Below, piece after piece: positions 38,290 to 48,044 of a stretch of DNA of 64,000 bases. The notes beneath the pieces are model-generated. The model saw only the letters and a list, made by a program, of their open reading frames with translations, searched no databases and was not told the DNA's origin. The first letter of the stretch is position 1. Each line of letters opens with the position of its first letter. Both the position numbers and the translations under genes were made by a program. Source of the stretch: Candidatus Latescibacterota bacterium (GTDB lineage Bacteria; Latescibacterota; UBA2968; GCA-2709665); NCBI GenBank assembly GCA_965219455.1, contig OZ244744.1, positions 1,440,001 through 1,504,000 of the forward strand, read 5' to 3'.

Positions 38290-39894
38290 ATGAACGGGTT
38301 CTGGAAGTCAGGCCAGGCGTATATCTGGCTCACAGGCGGCGCGCTCGCTTTCTGCGTCCTGATGATCGTAGGGTTGATCGGCCTGGTGATCTACAACGGC
38401 CTGGGCTTTTTCTGGCCCGCAAACCTGACCGTGTTTCGTCTCCATGGTCACGGGGTTGCGATGGGTCAGGTCTGGAATCGGCAGGAGATTCCGAACCGGC
38501 AAGGGGAATACCGGGTTCAAGTGAAAGTGGCGAACCGGGACGCTTACGGCGCTGACTTCCAATGGATTGACGAGTCACGGATTCTGGATCGAACTTTGCC
38601 GGACAGCGCGGTGGTGTTTGAGCGGCGGGAATGGGGACATCTGTACGGTTTCCTGGATGCCGTGTTCGAAGGTGAAGGCAAAGTGGCCGGAAGTGGCCCG
38701 GCCGGCTGGACCGCGTTTCAAAAGCAAATGCGGCGAACCGGCGCGGTCCTGGAGAAGGTCCGCGACATTGAGCACAACGCCATTTCCGATCTGAACCGGC
38801 GGATCGAGCAGCTACGCCTGAAAAAACGAAAACTTGAACTGGCGGCTGACGCACGGCAGGCGGAGATTTTTCAACTGGACGAGACAAACCGCCAATATTG
38901 GACACGTTTTGAATCTCTGGCCGCCGAACTGAAACGCCTCAGGGAAGAGAGCGAAGTACCGCAACTCGAGGTCCGTCTGATCGGCGGGGAGGTGCGGCGG
39001 CTCGCGGTGGCGGACGTTGTGCGCGCGTATCGGCCCAACCGGCTGGGCGTCTTCGGCAAGACAGGCGTATACCTGGATCGGGCCTGGGAGTTCCTGTCTG
39101 CGGAACCCCGCGAGTCCAACACCGAAGGCGGTGTGTTTCCGGCGATCTTCGGTACGGTAATGATGGTTATTCTGATGAGTCTGGCGGCGGTGCCGTTCGG
39201 AATTCTGGCGGCGCTGTATCTGCGTGAATATGCCAGGCAGGGTCCGCTTGTGGGAGCGATCCGGATCGCGGTGAACAATCTCGCTGGAGTGCCCTCAATC
39301 GTCTTTGGCATGTTCGGACTCGGATTTTTCGTCTACGGCGTGGGCGGCAGCCTGGACCTTCTCTTTTTCCCGGAGGCGTTACCGGCGCCCACGTTTGGCA
39401 CCGGCGGCATTCTCTGGGCGTCGTTGACACTTGCGCTGTTGACGGTGCCCGTAATGATCGTGGCCTCGGAGGAGGCCCTGGCGTCTGTGCCCGGCGAGGT
39501 ACGCGAGGGGTCGCTAGCGCTGGGGGCCACACAGTTTCAGACCATCTGGCGAGTCGTTCTTCCCGCGGCGCTCCCTGGAATTCTCACGGGGATCGTGCTT
39601 GTGGTGGCCAGAGGCGCGGGCGAAGTGGCGCCGCTGATGATAACCGGTGTGGTCAAGCTTGCGCCCACGTTGCCCGTGGACGGCGCCTGGCCGTTTTTTC
39701 ACCTGGAGCGCAAGTTCATGCATCTGGGATTTCATATTTATGACGTGGGTTTCCAGTCTCCCAACGTGGAGGCGGCCCGCCCGATGGTATATACGACAAC
39801 TCTGTTGCTGATGTTCATCGTACTCGCATTGAACCTGACGGCGATACAGGTCCGGTCCCGTTTGCGGAAGCGTTACCAGAAAATCGGATTCTAG
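38290..39894 (+). CDS. pstA: Phosphate ABC transporter permease PstA
   Basis: PRESNTEGGVFPAIFGT, YLREYA, NNLAGVPSIVFG, REGSLALGATQFQT, ARGAGEVAPL. Confidence 0.93.
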   Translation: MNGFWKSGQAYIWLTGGALAFCVLMIVGLIGLVIYNGLGFFWPANLTVFRLHGHGVAMGQVWNRQEIPNRQGEYRVQVKVANRDAYGADFQWIDESRILDRTLPDSAVVFERREWGHLYGFLDAVFEGEGKVAGSGPAGWTAFQKQMRRTGAVLEKVRDIEHNAISDLNRRIEQLRLKKRKLELAADARQAEIFQLDETNRQYWTRFESLAAELKRLREESEVPQLEVRLIGGEVRRLAVADVVRAYRPNRLGVFGKTGVYLDRAWEFLSAEPRESNTEGGVFPAIFGTVMMVILMSLAAVPFGILAALYLREYARQGPLVGAIRIAVNNLAGVPSIVFGMFGLGFFVYGVGGSLDLLFFPEALPAPTFGTGGILWASLTLALLTVPVMIVASEEALASVPGEVREGSLALGATQFQTIWRVVLPAALPGILTGIVLVVARGAGEVAPLMITGVVKLAPTLPVDGAWPFFHLERKFMHLGFHIYDVGFQSPNVEAARPMVYTTTLLLMFIVLALNLTAIQVRSRLRKRYQKIGF

Positions 39895-39978
39895 CGCCTT
39901 TTCGGCCGATAACAGGATCGCTGAAATACGACAATTCAATCGTCTTTGAGCGGCTTTTCCACTGAGGAGTCATACAGG

Positions 39979-40758
39979 ATGGGCGCGGAAACCGCGACGC
40001 CGGAACGTCCCGTAGTCGAAGTTGAAGCGTTGAGCCTGCATTACGGCGAAGCGCAGGCCCTGTACGATATCAGTCTGAACATACCTCGACACAACGTCAC
40101 CGCGTTTATCGGGCCGTCGGGTTGCGGGAAGTCGACACTGCTCCGATGTATGAACCGATTGAACGATTTGATCGACTCGGTGAGGATTCAAGGCGGGGTC
40201 CGGATCGAAGGCGAGGACATTTATGCCCACGGATATGATGTAATTTCACTCAGGCGGCTGGTGGGGATGGTGTTTCAGAATTCGAATCCCTTTCCCAAAT
40301 CGATCTTCGAAAACGTGGTGTACGGGTTACGGATTGCCGGGGAGAACCGGCGTGCCGTTCTGGATGGGGTGGCCGAGCGAAGCCTTCGGGCGGCGGCGCT
40401 TTGGGACGAGGTCAAGGATCGTCTTGAAGCGTCCGCGCTGGGACTCTCCGGTGGGCAGCAGCAGCGGCTCTGTATCGCACGGGCGATTGCGGTGGAACCT
40501 TCGGTGATTCTGATGGATGAGCCCTGTTCCGCTCTTGATCCGATTGCCACGGGTCATATTGAGGAGACGATCAATGAGTTGAAGAACCGGTATACCATTG
40601 CAATTGTTACCCACAATCTGCAGCAGGCTTCCCGAATATCGGACTGGACGGCTTTCTTTTATCTGGGAAAGCTGGTGGAGCATTCACGAACCGAGGAGAT
40701 GTTCACAAACCCGAGGTTGAAACAGACTGAGGATTACGTAACGGGCAGGTTTGGATAG
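39979..40758 (+). CDS. pstB: Phosphate ABC transporter ATP-binding protein
   Basis: [55 protein letters not shown]. Confidence 0.95.
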   Translation: MGAETATPERPVVEVEALSLHYGEAQALYDISLNIPRHNVTAFIGPSGCGKSTLLRCMNRLNDLIDSVRIQGGVRIEGEDIYAHGYDVISLRRLVGMVFQNSNPFPKSIFENVVYGLRIAGENRRAVLDGVAERSLRAAALWDEVKDRLEASALGLSGGQQQRLCIARAIAVEPSVILMDEPCSALDPIATGHIEETINELKNRYTIAIVTHNLQQASRISDWTAFFYLGKLVEHSRTEEMFTNPRLKQTEDYVTGRFG

Positions 40759-40807
40759 GCGGAACACCGCGCCGCCGATGTGCGGATTTTATCGAATGGG
40801 ATAAAGA

Positions 40808-41485
40808 ATGGAACGGACATTGGATCAACGGTTGGAACATCTGAAAAGCGAGTTGCTGAAGATGGGTGGGGCGGTGGAGGAATCCATCGCCCAGGCCGTG
40901 AAGTGTCTGGTGGACCGGGACAACGATCTGGCAGGAACCGTGATTTCCGGCGGGAAAACAATCGACGAGTGGGAAGTAAATATCGAGGACGAGTGTCTGA
41001 AGCTGCTGGCGGTGAGCCAACCGGTGGCCGGCGATTTGCGCTTGATCGCAACCGTGTTGAAGATCAACTACGACCTGGAACGGATCAACGATCAGGCGGT
41101 GAATATCGCGGAGCGGGCGCTTGTTTTGAACCGGGCCTCCCTGTTGAAGCCGCTTATCGATATCCCCAGAATGGCGGAACTCGCCCGGGGCATGGTCAAG
41201 GACGCGCTGGACGCGATTGTAAACCGAAACGTGGACCTGGCAAACGACGTTCGCCGTCGCGATGACGTCGTGGATGCATTGAGGGATCAGATTTTCAGGG
41301 AGTTGCTCACGTACCTGCACTATCGGGCCGAGGCGGATGCGGTTGATCGTGCGATTCACCTGATTCTGGTCTCCCGTCATCTGGAACGGATGGGCGACCA
41401 TGCCTCCAATATCGCCGAGAATGTGGTGTACCTCGTGCAGGGACGGATCGTGCGCCACCAGAAGGAGAATATCGGGGAAGAGTAG
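40808..41485 (+). CDS. phoU: Phosphate signalling protein PhoU
   Basis: QPVAGDLR, DLERINDQAVNIA, RHLERMGDHASNIAE. Confidence 0.94.
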   Translation: MERTLDQRLEHLKSELLKMGGAVEESIAQAVKCLVDRDNDLAGTVISGGKTIDEWEVNIEDECLKLLAVSQPVAGDLRLIATVLKINYDLERINDQAVNIAERALVLNRASLLKPLIDIPRMAELARGMVKDALDAIVNRNVDLANDVRRRDDVVDALRDQIFRELLTYLHYRAEADAVDRAIHLILVSRHLERMGDHASNIAENVVYLVQGRIVRHQKENIGEE

Positions 41486-41703
41486 AAGAATACGGATGGA
41501 TCCGAGAGCAGGAATAACCTCGGTTCCCTGACGGTGCCCGTGAATGTCCGCGACATCCGGATTGATGACCGCATGCCTGGGAAAAGGGTGCGGTTTTCTA
41601 TGTATGGCACAGGCCCGCATGGGCGCGAAAAAGGGCTTGTTATGCGGTTCCAAACCCGTATATTTAGACGATCGGGCTCATTTTTCGGGAGGGTTTCTTC
41701 TCG

Positions 41704-42258
41704 GTGGCGAGCGATCATACCGCGCATCACGTCGACGGCGCCCGCTTCTGCGAACGATGCAGCGCGGCGCTGGTACAAAAAAGGGTCGAAGGCCATAACC
41801 GCCCCGTTTGCCCGGCATGTGAGTTCGTGGTCTACCTGGATCCGAAAGTGGCGGCCGGCGTGATCGTTACGCTGAACGAACAGGTCGTGCTCCTGAAGCG
41901 GGGCATCGAACCCGGGATGGGAAAGTGGGTCTTTCCGGGCGGATACGTCGACCGTGGCGAACAGGTGGAAGCCGCGGCGTCGCGTGAAGCGAGGGAAGAG
42001 GTGGGGTTGGAGGTCGAGATTGAAGATCTGCTGGGCGTCTATTCATACCCGAACGTACCGACGGTCCTGGTCGTGTACACGGGCACGGTGGTCGGAGGCA
42101 ATCTGACGGGGAACTTCGAGGCGCTGGAGGTTCGGACCTACCCTCCAGGCCGGATTCCCTGGTCTGAACTGGCATTTCGCAGTACGGTCGAGGCGCTTCG
42201 CGCGTGGGTTGAGAGGTATGCCCGCCCCGACCGTTCAACGGGTCGGTCCCTCGGCTGA
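41704..42258 (+). CDS. Nudix hydrolase with N-terminal zinc ribbon
   Basis: CERC...CPAC; Nudix box GGYVDRGEQVEAAASREAREEVGL. Confidence 0.88.
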   Translation: MASDHTAHHVDGARFCERCSAALVQKRVEGHNRPVCPACEFVVYLDPKVAAGVIVTLNEQVVLLKRGIEPGMGKWVFPGGYVDRGEQVEAAASREAREEVGLEVEIEDLLGVYSYPNVPTVLVVYTGTVVGGNLTGNFEALEVRTYPPGRIPWSELAFRSTVEALRAWVERYARPDRSTGRSLG

Positions 42259-42279
42259 GAAAGGGGAGATACGGGTCGG

Positions 42280-43194
42280 ATGTTAAAGTCAATCGAGGAA
42301 GTCGAGGAGCGTTTTGGTGGTGAGGGGTATATCGCGGATCGGACCCTGGCGACAACGGTCTACCTGGCCGTGGCGCTGGACAAACCGATATTTCTGGAGG
42401 GCGAGCCGGGCGTAGGCAAGACAGAGGTTGCCAAGGTGATGGCGCAGATCCTGGAAACGGATCTGATCCGGCTGCAGTGTTACGAAGGCCTGGACGCCAA
42501 TACGGCGTTGTACGAGTGGAACTATCCCAGGCAGATGCTGGAGATGCGGTTGGAAGAGGCCAGGGGCATAGAAAAGCAGGAGATCGGCCGCAATATATTC
42601 AGCGAGGAATTTCTGCTGAAACGGCCGCTTCTGAAGGCCATTCAGGGCAGTGGCAACAACCCGCCGGTGCTGTTGATCGACGAGGTGGACCGGTCCGACG
42701 AAGAGTTCGAGGCCTTTCTTCTGGAAGTCCTTTCGGATTTCCAGATTACCATCCCCGAAATTGGAACGATTTCCGCTCAGAAGGTTCCTTTTGTGGTGCT
42801 CACGTCGAACCGCACGCGGGAGTTGCACGATGCCCTCAAACGACGCTGCCTTTACCTGTGGATCGACTATCCTACGTTCATGAAAGAAATGGACATCGTC
42901 GCGTCGCGGGTTCCAAATATTCAGGCGGGGCTGGCGCAGCAGGTGTGCGGGTTCATGCAACTGATGCGCACACGCGATTTTTACAAGCGGCCGGGCGTCG
43001 CTGAAACCATCGATTGGGCGCTGGCATTGATGCATATGGAAATTGATGAACTCGATTCCGACACCGTGAACGCCACACTGGGCTGCGTGCTGAAGTACAA
43101 GGAGGATATCGAGAAACTCCAGGAGGATGGCCTGCCTCAGATCATCGAAAAGGCACGGGCGCTGAAGGATCGGGCGGTGCGGCTGAAGAATTGA
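42280..43194 (+). CDS. MoxR-family AAA+ ATPase, CoxD-like
   Basis: LEGEPGVGKT, IRLQCYEGLD, YEWNY, LLIDEVDR.DEEFEAFLLE, TSNRTRE.HDALKRRC. Confidence 0.9.
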   Translation: MLKSIEEVEERFGGEGYIADRTLATTVYLAVALDKPIFLEGEPGVGKTEVAKVMAQILETDLIRLQCYEGLDANTALYEWNYPRQMLEMRLEEARGIEKQEIGRNIFSEEFLLKRPLLKAIQGSGNNPPVLLIDEVDRSDEEFEAFLLEVLSDFQITIPEIGTISAQKVPFVVLTSNRTRELHDALKRRCLYLWIDYPTFMKEMDIVASRVPNIQAGLAQQVCGFMQLMRTRDFYKRPGVAETIDWALALMHMEIDELDSDTVNATLGCVLKYKEDIEKLQEDGLPQIIEKARALKDRAVRLKN

Positions 43195-44390
43195 CGACAA
43201 GACAGAACCACAGACGTTCCTACGGGTTGGATCGCATGAATAGAGCAAGGGTTGAAGACAGGAGCTTGATGGGCCGGGTGGTGGCGTTTTCACGGGCATT
43301 GCACAGGGCCGGCGTGGAAGTGAATTCCGGCAATCTGATTGACTTCTGCCAGAGTTTCGGGTTCATCGATATCGGCAGACGCGGGGATTTCTATGCGGCC
43401 GCGCGTGCCACACTGGTTTCCCGTTTCGACGATCTGGAGACGTTCGACCGGGTATTTCATGCGTTCTGGAGTTCCCCGGTTCAGACCATGGATATGGAGG
43501 TCACCGACGAAGACGCCGACGATCAGAACCTCGAAGTGTCGGACCAGCTCGACGAGCCCGTCGATACGGTGACAGAGGAAGAAGACGACGCGGACGGTGA
43601 AGGGGATTCGGACGAGGTGGGGTACAGCCCCGAGGAAGCGTTGATGCGCAAGGATCTGGCCGCCATGAGCGATAAGGAGATTGAGCGTGCCCGGCAGGTC
43701 ATCGCGCAGATCGTGGACATCATCGCCAACAGGCGCAGCCGGCGGAGGGAGCCGCAGAAGCGGGGCGCGGAGATCGACTTCCGCAGAACCTGGCGGCGAA
43801 ACGCGCTCTACGGGCGTGACGGCGTGGCCCTGGCCAGGCGCCGGCGCCGGATCAAGAAAACGAAGCTGATGCTGCTGTGCGACGTGAGCGGATCGATGGA
43901 CTGCTACAGCCAGTTTCTGATTCAGTTCATCTACGCGCTGAAACGGGAAATTCGCGACGTGGAGGTAGGGGTGTTCTCCACGCGGATGACCCCGATCTCC
44001 AGGCTGCTGAAGAACAAGAGCGTGGAGGAATCGCTCCAGGAAGTGGCGGATACGGTGCACGACTGGGCCGGGGGAACGGATATCGGCGGCTGCCTGAGAG
44101 AGTTCAACGACCGGTTTGCCAGGGAGATGCTGAAGTCAAAAACAGTGATGATTATTGTAAGCGACGGGTGGGACCGCGGCGACGCGGAACTCATGCGGCG
44201 GGAGATGGAGCGGTTGCGCAGGCGGGTACACAAACTGATGTGGCTGAACCCCCTGCTGGGAAGCCCGGGGTATCAGCCGCTTTGTCTGGGGATGAAAACG
44301 GCCTTGCCCTACCTGGATCATTTCATGGCGGCGCACAACCTCGAAAGTCTCGTGCAACTGGCGAAAACGTTGCGTTCGGTCTGGAGATGA
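43191..44390 (+). CDS. VWA-domain protein, CoxE-like
   Basis: MIDAS DVSGSM, FSTR, WAGGTDIG, VSDGWDRGD, WLNPLLG; start uncertain (TTG 43191 or ATG 43236). Confidence 0.88.
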   Translation: MTTRQNHRRSYGLDRMNRARVEDRSLMGRVVAFSRALHRAGVEVNSGNLIDFCQSFGFIDIGRRGDFYAAARATLVSRFDDLETFDRVFHAFWSSPVQTMDMEVTDEDADDQNLEVSDQLDEPVDTVTEEEDDADGEGDSDEVGYSPEEALMRKDLAAMSDKEIERARQVIAQIVDIIANRRSRRREPQKRGAEIDFRRTWRRNALYGRDGVALARRRRRIKKTKLMLLCDVSGSMDCYSQFLIQFIYALKREIRDVEVGVFSTRMTPISRLLKNKSVEESLQEVADTVHDWAGGTDIGGCLREFNDRFAREMLKSKTVMIIVSDGWDRGDAELMRREMERLRRRVHKLMWLNPLLGSPGYQPLCLGMKTALPYLDHFMAAHNLESLVQLAKTLRSVWR

Positions 44391-44440
44391 GACCGCCGCG
44401 GATAGAGAACACGGGATCTTTTTCCGTCATCCGAAATTGA

Positions 44441-44649
44441 GAAGCTGTCTTAAAATCCCCAGCGGTCTTCGCGCGGCTGCAAAAGCGCCGGTCGGCGTTG
44501 GTCAAATCCACCCGTATCTTTAGTCGAGGCTGCGCGCCCCTCGCCTCTCATAGGCGGATTCTCCCGTCGGCGCTGCGCGCCCCTCGCGCCTCATAACCGA
44601 ACTTTTTCGCTCGCGCTCGGGAACTCACCGGGAATTTTAAAACACCTTC
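44441..44649. mobile_element. MITE-like element, copy B, inverted relative to copy A
   Basis: TIRs GAAGCTGTCTTAAAATCCC / GGGAATTTTAAAACACCTTC; about 60 bp essentially identical to the reverse complement of 23940-24005. Confidence 0.75.
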
Positions 44650-44668
44650 TTTGAAGGGGGTGGTTCTG

Positions 44669-45784
44669 ATGAAAGACATATTCTCAGAAGCCCTGGACCT
44701 GATTTCTTCGGGACAGAATGCGGCGATGTCGACCATCGTGTCCAGCAAGGGGTCGTTGCCGATGAGCAAGAAGGCAAAGATGCTGGTGCGACCCGACGGG
44801 CAGATTGTGGGGACGGTGGGTGGCGGCTGCCTCGAGGCGGATGTGTGGGCCGAAGCCCGGGAGGTGATGGAATCGGGTTTACCGACGCTTCAGCGTTTTA
44901 TTTTGACCGAAGAACACGCGGGCGAGAACGGATTGAACTGCGGTGGTAACGTGGAAATCTTCACGGAGCCCTTATACAAGGGGCGGTCCGAAGACGTGCT
45001 GGAAAACGTCGCGGAGGTCCGGAAGGCGAGGGACTCGGGGGTGCTGGCCACTCTCGTGTCCGGAGGGGACCCCGCGAAATGGAGCGCCAAGCTGCTGGTG
45101 CGGGCAGACGGAACCACCGTGGGGTCGCTGGGCTGGGCAGAGGCCGACGCGGCGATCCTTAGCGAAGTGGCTGAAATGGAAACGATTCCGGAGAATTTGC
45201 TGGAGGTGATGTCGCTGGACGTGAGCGATTCTGAGGGCCCGCTGAAGATCTTTATGGAGTCGATTTGTCCGGAGCCGACGCTCTATCTGTTCGGCGGCGG
45301 GCACGTTTCGTTCGCCATTGCGCGGGTCGCGGCCACGGTGGGCTTTCGTATTGTGGTGATCGACGACCGGCCGATGTTCGCCAACAAAGAGCGGTTTCCG
45401 ATGGCGGACGAGACGCTCACGCTGGAGATGGAAACGGCGCTCGAACACCTTGAGATCGACGACCTGTCCTATATTGTGGCGGTTACCCGAGGGCATCAGC
45501 ACGATAAGCCGGTGGTGGAACAGGCGGTATGGACAAACGCGGCCTATATCGGCATGATCGGAAGCAGGCGCAAGATTGCGTTGATGTGGAAGGAACTGGA
45601 GGCAAAGGGAATAAGCCGGCATCGCCTGGAAGAAATACATGCGCCCATCGGACTGGACATTGGCGCGGATTCCCCGGAGGAGATCGCCATAAGCGTGGTC
45701 TCCGAACTGATCCAGGCGCGCCGTTCCGGGGGCAAACCCTCGCACGGGGCCAGGTCACTGGCCGGAGCCCGCGCGGCATCCTGA
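44669..45784 (+). CDS. XdhC/CoxF-family molybdoenzyme maturation factor
   Basis: GTVGGGCLEA, GLNCGG, FGGGHV, VTRGHQHD, YIGMIGSRRK, APIGLDIGA.SPEEIA. Confidence 0.9.
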   Translation: MKDIFSEALDLISSGQNAAMSTIVSSKGSLPMSKKAKMLVRPDGQIVGTVGGGCLEADVWAEAREVMESGLPTLQRFILTEEHAGENGLNCGGNVEIFTEPLYKGRSEDVLENVAEVRKARDSGVLATLVSGGDPAKWSAKLLVRADGTTVGSLGWAEADAAILSEVAEMETIPENLLEVMSLDVSDSEGPLKIFMESICPEPTLYLFGGGHVSFAIARVAATVGFRIVVIDDRPMFANKERFPMADETLTLEMETALEHLEIDDLSYIVAVTRGHQHDKPVVEQAVWTNAAYIGMIGSRRKIALMWKELEAKGISRHRLEEIHAPIGLDIGADSPEEIAISVVSELIQARRSGGKPSHGARSLAGARAAS

Positions 45785-45884
45785 TCGGGCGACGTAAGTA
45801 GTGGTTGGTGGTCAGCGAAAGCTTTTTTTAGCGACAGGGCCTTCGCGATTCCATTCGCCGATGTCCGCGCACACGTTTGTATCT

Positions 45885-45909
45885 GTAGGGGCAACCCTTG
45901 TGGTTGCCC
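45885..45909 (+). repeat. GTAG-type REP
   Basis: GTAGGGGCAACCCTTGTGGTTGCCC; related copies at 46832 and 56077. Confidence 0.75.
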
Positions 45910-46033
45910 GTTCTCTCCAAGAGGTGAATTCGGCCGCCCGGGTTGGCGCATCACGCCAACATTCCGGGTGGTCTGTTTTTTTGTGTTTGCCATATATTAT
46001 TATAAAACAATAATTTAATTTCATATATAACTG

Positions 46034-46050
46034 TTGGCGCGGCGTTTGCT
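46034..46050 (+). promoter_or_regulatory. Sigma54 (-24/-12) promoter of the pspA-like gene
   Basis: TTGGCGCGGCGTTTGCT fits YTGGCACG-N4-TTGCW with one mismatch; preceded by an AT-rich tract (about 45990-46030) and palindrome GTTGGCG-N5-CGCCAAC (45942-45960). Confidence 0.75.
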
Positions 46051-46123
46051 TACTCCATGTGCAGGATGTAGAACGCACATCTGCGGAAAGAAACATCTCA
46101 CCCGTTTGTGAAAGGAGACCCAA

Positions 46124-46816
46124 ATGGCCGCGGGCACATTGTCGCGGGTTGCGAATATCATTCGGGCGGACATGGACGATCTGCTGTGCCGGATGGAAGA
46201 TCCGGACAAAATGGCGCGTCTGATGATGACGGAAATGGAGAACGCCGTGAACGATGCCGTTGCCGCTGTGGCGGACGCCATGGCCGGCCAGCGGCTGCTG
46301 GAACGCCGGGTGAAGGCGCGGCGGGCGGATGCGGCGGCCTGGGACGGGACGGCCGAGCGGGCCGTCTCACGGGGCGACGACGACCTCGCCCGCCTGGCGC
46401 TGGAGCGGAAGGCCGCGATAGAAGCGGAAGCCGAGGGGCTTGAGAAGGCGCTGGACGAAGCGGGGAAGGTGACCGCGCAACTCGAGCGGCAATGCGCGCG
46501 CCTGAAGGACCGGTTCCAGGAGGCGCGGGCGCGGCAGAGAACCCTTGTCGCCAGAAGCCGCGCGGCCGGGAGTTGCGTTTCAGCCGCAGGTTCTCCCGCT
46601 CGGATTCGCGAAGAGGCGTTCGAGCGGTTCGACGCGTTCTGCCAGCGGGTTGACCACGAGGAAGCCGTTGCCGAGGTTTACGAGGAAATCGCCGGCAACA
46701 CCCCGGACGTGGACGATCGCCTGGAGAAAATGGCGCGGAAGGAGCGGATTGACACGCAGTTGCGAGAGCTGAAACAGAAGCTGGCCGATGCGAAATCGGA
46801 ACAGGATCAAAAATAG
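46124..46816 (+). CDS. pspA: PspA/IM30 family protein
   Basis: LSRVANIIRA...MEDPDKM, AERAVSRGDDDLARLALERK, long coiled coil; AAAGGAG RBS. Confidence 0.85.
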   Translation: MAAGTLSRVANIIRADMDDLLCRMEDPDKMARLMMTEMENAVNDAVAAVADAMAGQRLLERRVKARRADAAAWDGTAERAVSRGDDDLARLALERKAAIEAEAEGLEKALDEAGKVTAQLERQCARLKDRFQEARARQRTLVARSRAAGSCVSAAGSPARIREEAFERFDAFCQRVDHEEAVAEVYEEIAGNTPDVDDRLEKMARKERIDTQLRELKQKLADAKSEQDQK

Positions 46817-46831
46817 GCTTAGCGGACAGGC

Positions 46832-46855
46832 GGGCGACCCATGGGTCGCCCCTAC
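46832..46855 (-). repeat. GTAG-type REP
   Basis: GGGCGACCCATGGGTCGCCCCTAC hairpin. Confidence 0.75.
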
Positions 46856-46953
46856 GAAAATCAGGCATCCGCGAATTGATATCACAAGGCCGTATCACAG
46901 ACCGCTTTTTGTTGTAAGCTGATAGCTGACAGCTTTCTTACCTGGAGGGAGAA

Positions 46954-47142
46954 ATGCTGGTAAAATTCCTTGGACTTTGCCTTTTGGCTGCCGGCGGACT
47001 CGCTGCATTAATTATGCTGGGTGGACTCATCGGATTCACGCTGGGGCTGATCTGGCTCGTCATCAAGTTCGCCGTACCGCTGTTGTTGATCTACGCAGGA
47101 TACCGGTTGCTGGTTCGCGACAAGCATCGAATCGCCTATTGA
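46954..47142 (+). CDS. Small two-TM membrane protein, possible PspA partner
   Basis: 62 aa, almost entirely hydrophobic, GGAGG RBS, directly downstream of pspA. Confidence 0.7.
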   Translation: MLVKFLGLCLLAAGGLAALIMLGGLIGFTLGLIWLVIKFAVPLLLIYAGYRLLVRDKHRIAY

Positions 47143-47186
47143 GACCGGGATAAATTCGGCCGGTCCTGAGCCTTTTCCCTCGTGCG

Positions 47187-47291
47187 ACCTCTCCCCCCGG
47201 CCCCTCTCCTAAAGGAAAGGGGGAGCAGAAGGAAACCCCCTCAGTAGGCGACAGTTCCCCCCTTCCTTCAGGAAGGGGGATAGGGGGTAGG
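47187..47291. repeat. C-rich/G-rich palindromic intergenic element
   Basis: ACCTCTCCCCCCGGCCCCTCTCC...GGAAGGGGGATAGGGGGTAGG with nested hairpins. Confidence 0.55.
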
Positions 47292-47692
47292 TCGCGCCGA
47301 ATCGCACGTTTTTCCCTTCGAGCGCACGGTCCGGGCGGAACGCAGTTCCAGAGGGTGATTTTCCGCAGACAATCGACCCGGTAAGACCCTTCGGGTAATC
47401 CGTGAGAGGACATGCCCACGGAAAATTTCCCTACGGAGCTGTGCCCTTCCTTACCATACACGGCATCGGAGGAAATTTCTCAGGTCGATTCTTCCTTTTG
47501 GATATCCCAAAAAACCGTTGGTACCGATGCTGAAGTTACGTATTTTAATGCATCGAGTTCCGGCGGTTTTTTTTATTGGAATTCGGCACAATGGCAAACG
47601 CACGTTGGTTCTCTTGTTGCGTATATTCGGTGCAGGTCTGTCAGAAAATTGGCGGATTTGCACAACTTGGCGCAATAAAAAAACGGACCTTC

Positions 47693-48037
47693 TCAGGTCC
47701 GGTTCCTGATTCGATACTTGATTTCACCAGCTATTTTGGATTCCGCTTTATTCTTCAAATATTCATACACGTCGTTTCGTTTGCCGGCAGCAAGCAATTC
47801 AATGGTGTTGTCATCGTGTTCTCGAAATGCCAAACGATACGATCTGTCAATCCGCACCGTGGAACAACGACAATCCTTGATATTTCTTCTCTTTCTGCCT
47901 CTGCCCAATGAGTTATCTTCCAGCTCGAAAACAACCCTTTCGAATTTCCTCTTTATTCGCTCCGGTAGACGATTGTACGTCTTCTTGAAATAATTACTAT
48001 AATCTCTAAATGCCTTCTTTTTCTGCTCATTCTCCAT
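47693..48037 (-). CDS. RelE/ParE-superfamily toxin-like protein
   Basis: Basic 114-aa protein; YFKKTYNRLPERIK...TVRIDRSYRLAF...ELLAAGKRNDVY resembles the RelE fold pattern. Confidence 0.65.
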   Translation of the reverse strand: MENEQKKKAFRDYSNYFKKTYNRLPERIKRKFERVVFELEDNSLGRGRKRRNIKDCRCSTVRIDRSYRLAFREHDDNTIELLAAGKRNDVYEYLKNKAESKIAGEIKYRIRNRT

Positions 48038-48044
48038 ACACGAT

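Noticed and set aside
47300-47690. AT-richer intergenic stretch with short ORFs and weak inverted repeats
   Set aside because: No coherent ORF, RNA motif or repeat family could be supported.
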